Source: Scenedesmus sp. PABB004
Taxonomy: Eukaryota
NCBI GenBank assembly: GCA_014905635.1
Contig: JABVCE010000004.1
Span: forward strand, 868,001-932,000
Direction of reading: 5' to 3'
DNA: 64,000 nucleotides
Of the stretch, positions 47,201 through 56,890 are shown piece after piece. The notes below the pieces were generated by a model that had not been told where the DNA came from, did not search any database, and saw only the letters and a program-made list of their open reading frames with translations. Made by a program: the position numbers and the translations under genes. Numbering within the stretch: the first letter of the stretch is position 1; every line of letters begins with the position of its first letter.

Positions 47201-49994
47201 CGCCTGCCCCGCGCCGACCGCCGCGCCGCGCCCGCGTTGCCCCGCGCAGTACTGCACCAACCGCAAGCACATGAAGCCGCTGTGGTTCTGCATCGTCTCG
47301 TGCCACCTGCTGTGGTTCACGTTTGCGAAGGCGCAGCTCAACGTGCTGTGGAAGAAGATCACCAAGAAGACGGTCGTGTTCAAGTCGACCAAGAAGAAGG
47401 GCGAGGACGACGGCCGCGCGGGCAAGAAGAAGCGCCGCTTCTGCGCGGTGCCCCAGAACGTCGGCGACATGGAGGGCACGCTCGACGCGTGGGTGCTCGT
47501 CGCGAGCTTCAGCATCAGCATGATCACCGCCATCGTGGGCGCGTTTGGCATCATCGACAAGCCCTACACCGCGCAGGGCGACTTCAGGTGGTTCCTCGCG
47601 CTCTCCATCTTCTGGTCGATCTACAACATGATCCCGCCCGCCCTCTTCATCTTCTACTGCTACAACAAGGGCCAGCTCTTCGAGGACTTCTGCTCCTTCT
47701 GCATGACCCTCAGCTTCCTCGTCGGCATCGGCGGCATCGTCTGCACCTGGCTCGTGCCCGGTGCGCGCGCCGCCGGCCGGCCCCCGCGCGCGCCGTGCTG
47801 CGCCGCGCGCTGCGCGCGCGTGCGGCCCCCGCCAGCAGCCAGCCACAGCCTCGGCCGCCGGCGCCGCGCGCCACCCCGCGCTCACCCCGCCCCGCGCGCC
47901 CTGCGCCGCCGCCCGGCAGATGACTACAACCTCGGGCAGGTGCTCAACGTGTCGCTGCAGTTCTTCGAGGCCCAGCGCTCCGGCAAGCTGCCGCGCATCA
48001 GCAACACGCCGTGGCGCGGCAACTCGGGGCTGTGGGACAGCGTGCTGCTGCCCAACGGCAAGAACTACAGCCTGCTCGGCGGCTGGTACGACGACGGCGG
48101 CATGCTCAAGCTCTCCTACACGACCGCGTTCACCGTGTCGATGCTCAGCTGGGCGTACTACGAGTTCAAGGGCGGCTACCGCTCGAGCGGCAACGTCGAC
48201 TTTGGCGCCAACACCATCCGCTGGGGCGCCGACTACCTGATGAAGGTCAGCGTGACCAACATCACCAGCGCCGGCGCGACCATGCAGCCCATCTTTGTCG
48301 CCCAGGTGCGGGGGCAGAGAGGGCGGAGGGAGGGAGGGAGGGAGGGAGGGAGGGAGGGAGGGAGGGAGAAGGAGGGAGGGAGATGGGAGGCGAGAGGCCG
48401 CACGCGCGCTGGGGCGGGGCCGGGGCGGGGCACAGCGCGCACAGCGCCGCGCACAGCGCCGCGCCGCGCGCCGGCGCCGACCCCCTGCTGCCTCGCCCGC
48501 GCCGCCTGCCTGGCCCAGGTCGGCGACATGGCCAAGGACAAGCTCTACTGGGGCTCCCCCGAGCGCTCCACGATCGCGCGCCCCGCGACCTACCTCAGCG
48601 CCGCGCGCCCGGGGACCGACGCGATGGCGATGGCCTCCGCCGCGCTCGCGTCGGCCGCGGTCGCGATCCAGGACGAGTCGCTGCAGGTCGCGGACGTGTA
48701 CCTCCAAAAGGCGATCGTGCTCTACCAGCTCGCGCAGCGCTGGCGCGGCTACTACGCGCGCTACGTCGAGAGCGGCAAGATGTACCCCTCCGTCTCCATG
48801 TACGACGACCTCGCGTACGCGGCGGTGTGGATCTACATCGCGACGGGTGACGAGAACTACCTCAACGACGCGCTCGTCTTCTACGACCAGACCGTGTCGG
48901 CGGAGGGGCACGTCAACCCCAACCCCTACATGTTCAACTACGAGAACGTCGTCCCCGCGCTCGACCTGCTGCTCTACCAGGCCACCGGCGACGCGTTCTA
49001 CAAGAAGAATGTCCAGGCACGCGCGGGGCGGGGGGGGGGGGGGGGGGCGGCGCTGGGCGGGCCGCTGCGGGGCGCTGCGGGCTGGCCGGGCGGTCCAGGG
49101 CGGCCGGGGCCGGGGCTGGCCGGGGCCTGGGGCTGGGGCTCTCCCGCTGCGCGCCGCGCCGCCCGCCCCGCCTGCGCGCCCCCGGGCCAGCGCCTGAACT
49201 AACCCGCCGCCGCCGCCCCGCGCCCTGCGCCCCGCCTCGCGCGCGCGCAGGACTTCGTCAAGGAGTGGATGAACACCAAGTCCAAGACGGGCGACATCTT
49301 TTACACCAACAAGAACCTCGCCAAGGCCTACCCCTACGGCACGCTGCAGCACACCGCCAACGCCGCGTTCTACACCATGGTCGCCGCGAAGAACGTGATG
49401 GACTCCAAGTTCATGCTCTACGCCTGCTGGGCGCGCAACCAGATCGGCTACATGCTCGGCGACGCGGGCCGCTCGTACGTGACCGGCTACGGCGCGGTGC
49501 AGCCGATGAAGACGCCGCACAAGGCCGCGTCGTGCCCGCCCGTGGACGTGACCGACTGCACGTGGGAGAGCGCGTACTACACGACCGACCCCAACTACAA
49601 CCCGCTGCGCGGCGGGCTCGTGGGCGGGCCGGACGACGCCGACGCGTGGGCGGACGACCGCGATATGAACAACCCCGCCAACACCGTGAGCCTGCTCAAC
49701 AGCGCCGGCTTCAGCGCGGCCATGGCGGCGCTCGTCGACCGCGACATCAACATGGTGCGCCGCGCGCACGCACGCAAATCACGCACAGCACAGCACCGCG
49801 CAGCACGGCGCCGCGCGGCGCGCGCGCGCGAGACGGCGGGCGGGCGCTCACGCCCCGCGCGCCCGCCGCGCCGCGTCGCTCCTCGCGCCACGCAGGCCAA
49901 GTGCCAGCAGGGCAACGGCTTCATCCAGACGCTCATGCTCAAGGCACGCGGCCAGCCCGACGCGGCGGGCCAGCGCTGGTGGGAGGGCGTGTGA
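44210..49994 (+). CDS. Cellulose-synthase-like processive GT2 fused to a C-terminal GH9 (endoglucanase-fold) domain; 12 exons, about 1271 aa
   Basis: Exons 44210-44517, 44762-44963, 45140-45315, 45530-45788, 45914-46186, 46362-46488, 46636-47108, 47250-47760, 47920-48305, 48519-49016, 49251-49754 and 49896-49994 join in frame (3816 nt). GT2 motifs: DDG, KSNNLN, DAD, TED, QRSRW. GH9 motifs: FFEAQRSGKLP, LLGGWYD, YDDLAYAAVW, QIGYMLG, SYVTGYG, GGLVGGP. Confidence 0.92.
48325..48367. repeat. (GGGA)n microsatellite in an intron
   Basis: About 10 tetranucleotide units. Confidence 0.85.
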
Positions 49995-50499
49995 GCGCGC
50001 AGCGGAGGCGCGGCGCCAACGCCAGCGCCGGCGCGCCGGCGCGGACGCGCGCGCCGGAGTGTGCAGGCAGGAGGAGGGGCGCGCGCGCTGCAGCCGCCCC
50101 GCGAGCGCATCGCATATATGCGCTCGCGCCACGCCACCCAGCGCCCGGCAGGCCGGCCTGTGCTGCCTGCCGCACGCGGCGCGCCCGGCGGCGGGGGCGG
50201 GGGCTGCAGCGCGGCGCGGGACGCGCGCGCCCTGCGGCGCGCGCAGGAGGAGCAGCAGGGCTCGCGGCATGGTGTCCCGCGGAGGGGAGGGGCTGGCTTG
50301 GCCGGGGCTCGGGCCCGGGGCGGGGCGGCAGGAGGGGCGGGCCTGGTCTGCGGAGCGAGCGGCGGCCGTGCCCGCTCGGTGAGAGTTGGTCACCTCCACA
50401 CATAACGAGCTCGAGCTCGCCGAGTGTGACGTCGACGGCGGCAGGGGCGGCAGGCCCCGCCGCCGCTGTTTGGTTGCTGTGTCGGCGCGCCGCCGCAGC

Positions 50500-50556
<57 letters not shown>
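50500..50556. repeat. (GCG)n microsatellite
   Basis: About 18 triplets downstream of the GT2-GH9 gene. Confidence 0.85.
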
Positions 50557-50558
<2 letters not shown>

Positions 50559-52280
50559 CGGGCCCGAGTGCTGCACTCAACGCACATACCACGGGCCGCG
50601 CCCCTGCACATTCCGGCCGCGGCCGCGGCGCGGCGTGGCGCTGCCCTGTAGAGCCCGTGGCGGCAGGCGCCGAGCAGCACCGCAGCGGCCTGTGATCGTG
50701 TGCATTTCATACGCCCGGGGACGAGGGGCGCTGGGCCGGCAGGGCGCCGCTGGACGCCCTGCCGCTGTGCCCACGCGCCGCGGTGTCATGCCATATTGCA
50801 GGCGCGCGGGCGCGCGCGGCGGCGGCGCCCCCGCCTGGCATGCGCCCGGTCTGCTACGGGGGCAGGGGCAGCAGCAGCACGGCCCCTGCCCTGTGCGCTG
50901 TGTTTGTCGGTCGGCGCGGAGCGCGGCCCCGCGGGCGGGGCGCCGTCCTTGCCGCTGCTGCACACCAGCAGCACGCAGCGGCGCCCGCGCGGGCGGCCTC
51001 AGCCGGCTGCGACCTCGCGATGACCGCACAACATATGAAGCGCTGGGTCTGTAGCGACTAGCCAGGGGACTGCGCGCGCGGCGCCTGCCCGTCGGGCGCC
51101 GCCGCACGGCGGCCGCTGCCGGCATAACGGGTGCGCCGCCCCCGCGCGCCGCGCGCGTGCGCGGGCGGCGCACGCCCCGGCGCGGCCCGTGTGCACAGTG
51201 CCGTGCGGGGGGCCTTGGCCGGCTGGCTGCAGCTGCAGCGGGCGGGAGGAGGTCTGGCACCGCGGCGCTGCGCCGCGCGCGCAACACATGCCCTTGCGCT
51301 CGCGTGTGCATACGGCTGCCGCCCCAGGCCAGGCTCCCTCGGCTCGGCGGCCTGGTAGGTTGGTAGGCGAGCACTTGAGCATTTGTTCAGCAGATAGGAC
51401 TCCCGGGGTGGTGGCGGTGGGTGCTGCTGCGGCGGAAACACGAGGCTGGCTGCATTCCCAGGTTGCTTGCTGACCGATGCGGACCGCCGCCTGGTAACCA
51501 AGCAATAAACAAACAACAACAGGACCGCCGGCTGCCGACGTCGCGCTGCGCGCTGTGCTATGCTGTGCTGTGCCAGCGCCGGCTGGCACAGCACAGCCGC
51601 TTCGGGAGTCGCGGCAAGCGGCGCGAGCGCTGCCGCTGTCGCCGTTGCAGCTCAGGAGCTGTCAGGGACGCCGTGGCGAGCTCGGGAGGCGGAAACGGCG
51701 ACGCGCGCGCCTTGCGCCCTGCGCCGCCGCCTGCCCGCTCGCGCGCCGCCCCGCCGGTCCCCGGTCGCCGTGTGCGCCCGGCAGGCGCCTCCCACATCTC
51801 ACAGCAGGCACGCCTCTCTTCCCTGACCGCCCGGATAGCCCGCGACGCCGCACGCGATGGCGCTGGCAGCAGCACCTGGCCATCGGGCCTGCAGGCGCGC
51901 GTGCGAGCCGCTGCGCGCGGCGCCGGCGCGCGCCTCGCGACGCCACTGACGCAATCACGCCTCACAGGTGCCCGGGCGCCTTCGGCCGGTCCGCAGCGGC
52001 ACGGCCCGCTCAGGTGGGCGTTGCTGCTGCTGCCGGCCCACCACGCCGTCGATCGGGGGCCGCAGCGGTCGCGGAAGCCGCTGCCTGCCGCGGCCAGCTC
52101 CCTGGCGCGCTCGCGCGGCGCCGGCGCCGGCCCCCAGCAGCGCCCGCGGGGCAGCAGCAGCGGCGCGAACAGCGCGCCGCCGCTCATTGGCGCTCCGCGC
52201 GCCGGGCCAGCCGCGGCGCCGGCCGGCCGCCTCTGCGGCGCGCGCAGCCGCTCAGCCCGCGCCCGCGCGCGCGCCCGCAG

Positions 52281-53692
52281 GCATGCAGCGCGGCGCGGCC
52301 CGCGCCGCCGCGGCGGGGACGCGCGCTGGCCGCCGCCGCGCGCATGATGGTCAAGGAGCCCAAGTCGGGCGCCGAGTTCCCGCTGGCGCAGCGCTTCTGG
52401 TGCGGCGCGGCTCGCGCGCGCGCGGCGCGGCCGCCGGCACGCGGCGCCCGACCGACGCGGGCGCGCGGCGCGGTGCGGTGCGGCGGCGCCGCGCAGGGAG
52501 GGTGACGAGTACCGCTGCATTGGTGCTGGCATGCGGGCGAAGCAGATCCTCATGATCAAGGCCCAGGCACGCACCGGCGCGGCGCGGGGCGGGGCGGGCG
52601 TTTGGAGCCGATGGGCTGGAGACGCGGGGTCCCCCCCCCCCGGGCTGGGCCGGGCTGCTCTGTGCCCCGGCGCGCCTCCCGAGCCGCGCCGCGCGCGAGC
52701 GAGCCGGGCCGCGCCGCCTCGCCGCGCGCTTTGGCGCCGTGCCAGGTGTACGCGGTCGCGCTGTACGTGGAGGGCGGCCTCGCGGCCAAGGAGCTGGGCA
52801 TCCGCTCGCGCGGGGGCTTCTTCGAGGGCGACGCCGACTACTGCGCCGCGCTCGTCGACGGCGCGTTCAACAAGGCCCTTGTGGTGCGCGCCCGCGGTCG
52901 TGGCGCGCGCGGGCGCGGCGGGCGCGGCGGGCGCGGCGGGCGCGCGGACGCGCGGCGGGCGCGCGGACACGCGGCGCGCGGCGGGGCGGCGCCGCGCGGC
53001 AGGGCGGCGCCGCGCGGCCCGCGCCGCGCGCGACCCATCGCGCGCCGCGCCGCGCCTCAGTTCACGATGCTGCGCGACCTGGAGGGCAAGCAGTTCAGCG
53101 ACGCGGTCAACGACAAGCTCGGCCCGCGCATGCAGCTCACAGGCGCGGCGGCGGCAACTTGGTCCGCCTCGCGGGGCGGCGCGGCGCCGCTGCGAGCGCG
53201 GGGCGCCGCGGCGCCGCGCCGCGTGGTGAGCGCCGTGCGTGCCCGCGGCCGCCGCCCGGGGCGCAGGCGACACCGCGTCGCTGGAGGCGTTCAAGGGTTT
53301 CATTGAGGGCCACAAGCTCGCCAAGGGCACGCAGATCATGTGCCTCTGGACCAAGGCGCGGCGCCCGCCCGCGCCGCACGCCCCGCGCGCCGCACGCCCC
53401 GCGCGCCGCACGCCCCGCGGCGCCGCCCGCCCACCTGCCTGACACGTCGTCGCCGCGCGCGCGCGCGCAGGCTGGCGACCTGGAGGTGGTGCTGCTCGAC
53501 GCCGCCGAGGCCGCGGCGGCCGAGCTGGAGCGGATCGCGCCGAAGAACAAGCTCCACTCGGAGGGCTTTGCGCGCGCGCTCTTTGAGCTCTTCCTCGGCG
53601 ACGGCAGCGTCGTGGCCGACGCCAAGCCCGTATGGGCGGCGGGCGCGAAGCAGCTGCTGGAGAGCGAGCAGGTGAAGCGCGAGACGCGCTGA
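52281..53692 (+). CDS. Chalcone-isomerase-fold fatty-acid-binding-like protein; true start probably further upstream
   Basis: VKEPKSGAEFP, CIGAGMRAKQILMIKAQ|VYAVALYVE, FTMLRDLEGKQFSDAV and FARALFELFLGDGSVVADAK. Stop at 53690-53692. Confidence 0.85.
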
Positions 53693-53759
53693 GTTGTCGG
53701 GCGCGTGCTGGGAAGCTGGGGCAGCGGTCAGGGTTGAGCGCGGAGGTGAGGCGTAACAC

Positions 53760-54137
53760 CACGCCCTGTCCAAGATCAAGCTCGGCGGCGTGCTCGTGGA
53801 GTCGCACGAGCAGCAGGGGGCGAGCGGCAGCGCGCGGCCCGGCCCCTCGCCCGCTGCCGGCAGCCCCGTGCCGGGGGACAGCGCCGCCGCGACCGACGGC
53901 AGCGCGCGGCCGGCCGCCGCTGCGACGCGGCGGCCCAGCAAGGCGCGGCTTCTGCGCAGCGGCAACGTCTTTTCACTGTCGCCACTGAACGTTTTTGGGG
54001 TTTACTGCGGCTTTGACAACTTCTACGGCAGCCGGCTCGAGGTCTGGGCAGAGTCCGAGTGCCTCCTGTTCTGCTGGCCGATGAAGAGCCTGGAGCACAT
54101 GGCGACGTGCTGCAGCCCCTCCATGGCGGTGTGAGTG
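53760..54137 (+). repeat. Direct duplicate (about 378 bp) of 55456-55833, a partial exon of the downstream gene
   Basis: Near-identical at an offset of 1696 bp; I saw about 3 substitutions. Confidence 0.95.
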
Positions 54138-54387
54138 ACCCGAGCGGGCGCCACGCCGCGCCCACCAGGCCGCCGAGAGCCGAGGGAGCCTGGCCCGGGG
54201 CGGCAGCAGCAGCCCGGCATTCGCCCTCGCCGCGCGCGGTGGGCGCACGCGAGAGCCACGCCCGCGCGGCTGTGAGTCGGCGAGCTCCACGCGGACGATT
54301 TCCGCGCGGCGACAGGGGCAGGGGCGCCACTCACTGGCCGCCGCAGCAGCGGCGTGCTGCTGCTGCTGCTGACCTCGGCCAGACCTG

Positions 54388-56702
54388 ATGATTTACGTCA
54401 CCGCCGGTCCCTGGGGCACCCTGGCGTCACTGTTCTTCTTCATGGCGGCCGTGTTAGGTGGCGACCTCCTGCTCCTGCGCGCGGCTCTCGCGATTGCTTA
54501 CCTGTGGCTGTTTGTGAACGGCGCCACGGGCCTGCCGTCCTGGCCGCACGCCGCGCACCCCGGCGTGATGAGCGTGAGCTGCGGCGTTGGCGGCAGCCTG
54601 GCCCCGCGGCGGCCGCTGCGGCGTCGACTGGCCCGCTCAGCGCGCCGCGCCGCTGCCGCGCCGCTGCCGCTGCCGCTGCCGCCGCCCGCCGCGCAGCTCG
54701 ACATGATGTGCTGGGCGGTTGTGTCGGGCGGGCTGCACGCGTGCGCGGTCGCGCGCATGCTGCTCGACGAGCTGCCCGTGCGCTTTGCGACCGAGGACGA
54801 GCGCCAGCTCGCGCGCTTCCTCAACCGCCGCAGCGGCATGGAGCCGCTCGAGGCCCGGGTGCGCCCGGGCGCCACGCCGCGCGGCGGCGGCCCCGGCGCC
54901 GGCAGCCGCCGCGGCGGGCCGCGCCGCGCTGAGCGCGCCGCGCTGAGCGCGCCGCGTGCAGGAGGTCATCCAGCGCGGCCACTGGGTGCGCGTCGCGGCG
55001 GGCGAGCGCGTGCTCGCGAGCCACGAGGTGCGCGCCGGGCGCCACGGGCCGCGGCCGCGTCGCCGCCGCGGCCGCCGCCGCCGGCCTGGGCGCGGCCGCA
55101 GCACGCGCGCGCACGCACGCGCGACGCCGCGGCGCGCATGCAGATCTACCAGCGCGTGTTCCTGCTGGTTGACGGCATGGTCAGCATGGACAACACAGGC
55201 TGCTGCGGCGACGCCGACGCCTCGCACCACCACTCGTCAGCCGCCGGCTCGCCCGACGCCTCGCACCACCACCACTCGCGGCCGCTCGCCTCGACCGACA
55301 GCACGGGGCGCACGCGGCCGCCGGCGGCCGCGGAGCAGCAGCCTGGCGGCGGCGGCGACAGCGGGGCGCCGGGGTCGCTGCAGGCGCTGGAGCTGCCGGA
55401 GGCCAGCTTCAGCAGCCCGATGTCGTTCACCCTCGTGCGCGCGGTGTCGCTGGAGCACGCCCTGTCCAAGATCAAGCTCGGCGGCGTGCTCGTGGAGTCG
55501 CACGAGCAGCAGGGGGCGAGCGGCAGCGCGCGGCCCGGCCCCTCGCCCGCTGCCGGCAGCCCCGTGCCGGGGGACAGCGCCGCCGCGACCGACGGTAGCG
55601 CGCGGCCGGCCGCCGCTGCGACGCGGCGGCCCAGCAAGGCGCGGCTTCTGCGCAGCGGCAACGTCTTTTCACTGTCGCCACTGAACGTTTTTGGGGTTTA
55701 CTGCGGCTTTGACAACTTCCACGGCAGCCGGCTCGAGGTCTGGGCAGAGTCCGAGTGCCTCCTGTTCTGCTGGCCGATGAAGAGCCTGGAGCACATGGCG
55801 ACGTGCTGCAGCCCCTCCATGGCGGCGTGAGTGGTTCGCGCGGGCGCCGGCGCCGCCATCGTCCCGCGCCGCCTGCGCCGCCGCGGCCCACGCTCACGCT
55901 CGCGCGCTCATGTGCCCGCCCGCCCGCCCGCCCGCCCGCCCGCCCGCCCGCCCGCCCGCCCGCCCGCCCGCCCGCCCGCCCGCCCGCCCGCCCGCCCGCC
56001 GCCCGCCCGCCCGCCCGCCCGCCCGCCCGCCCGCCCGCCGCCCGCCCGCCCGCCCGCCCGCCCGCCCGCCCGCCCGCCCGCCCGTGCTGCCGCCGCCGCA
56101 GCTACTGGCGGTCATTCGTTCTGTACACCGTCGCCTCCGAGTTTGAGCTCAAGGCACACCGAGGCATGAAGCTCTCACGGTGGGCGCCGCGGCACCGTGG
56201 CACAATCACCGCCCGCGCCGCCTGTGCCGCCTGCGCCGCCGACGCCCGCACGCCCCCGGGCCGCCGCCGTGCCGCGCAGGTGCTCCACGGGCGAGTACGA
56301 GCACGCCGGCTGGCTCATGGGCGGCCGGTCGCGGGACTTCACCGACCCGCTCCGAAGCTACGAGGTCCCCGAGCGCCGCAGCCTGGCGCGGCTGTGCCGC
56401 TGGCTGCGCCGCGCCGCGTCCCCCTTCCAGCCGCGCGGCATGCGCCACACGTGCGCCCCGCGCCGGCGCGGCGCGGCCTGCCCCGCTGGCAGTCGCCTCG
56501 CGCCGCCGCGGCCGCCCCCCCCCCCCCCCGCCACCGACGCCGCCGCCCGTGCCGCAGCGCGCTGCCGCTGACCGGTGTGATGGCGCGCACGCGTGCCGTG
56601 ATCAGCGCGGAGGCCAAGGCGCAGGCGGCGCGCAGCCGGGACGTCAGCTTGCACAGCGGCGGCGGCACGGCGGCGGCGGCGGCCCGCGAGGGCATCGCTT
56701 GA
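54388..56702 (+). CDS. Popeye-like membrane protein with a cyclic-nucleotide-binding-like fold
   Basis: Three N-terminal hydrophobic helices (LASLFFFMAAV; DLLLLRAALAIAYLWLFV; MMCWAVVSGGLHAC), then EDERQLARFL, GHWVRVAAGERVL, RVFLLVDGMV and VWAESECLLFCWP. The start is uncertain. Confidence 0.6.
55914..56083. repeat. (CCCG)n microsatellite, about 170 bp, in an intron
   Basis: About 40 units with two short interruptions. Confidence 0.92.
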
Positions 56703-56765
56703 GCTCCAGCGGCTGCGCTCGTCGGCTGCTCGACCGGGCGTGGGAGCGGTTCGGCAGAGCTCGTG

Positions 56766-56770
56766 TTACA
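56766..56770 (-). promoter_or_regulatory. Candidate TGTAA polyadenylation signal of the PWWP gene
   Basis: TTACA on the plus strand, about 120 nt beyond the stop at 56891. Confidence 0.45.
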
Positions 56771-56890
56771 CACACAACCCGTGATGCAGGCGGCCAGCTT
56801 GCTGTCCTATGCCTGACCGCCTCGCCGGCATCAATCAACACAGGCAACATGCCCAATCACCGCACAGCCTCCTGAGCGACGCGCCGACCC

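Noticed and set aside
46296..49769. 1157-aa minus-strand ORF
   Set aside because: It is the antisense shadow of the strongly codon-biased GT2-GH9 gene.
50000..52280. Genes in the ORFs between GT2-GH9 and the CHI-fold gene
   Set aside because: No recognisable motifs or consistent exon structure; it looks like UTR, promoter and possibly transit-peptide sequence.
53760..54390. Duplicated exon splicing in frame into the Popeye-like gene
   Set aside because: The donor phases (0 or 2) do not fit the phase-1 acceptor at 54382.
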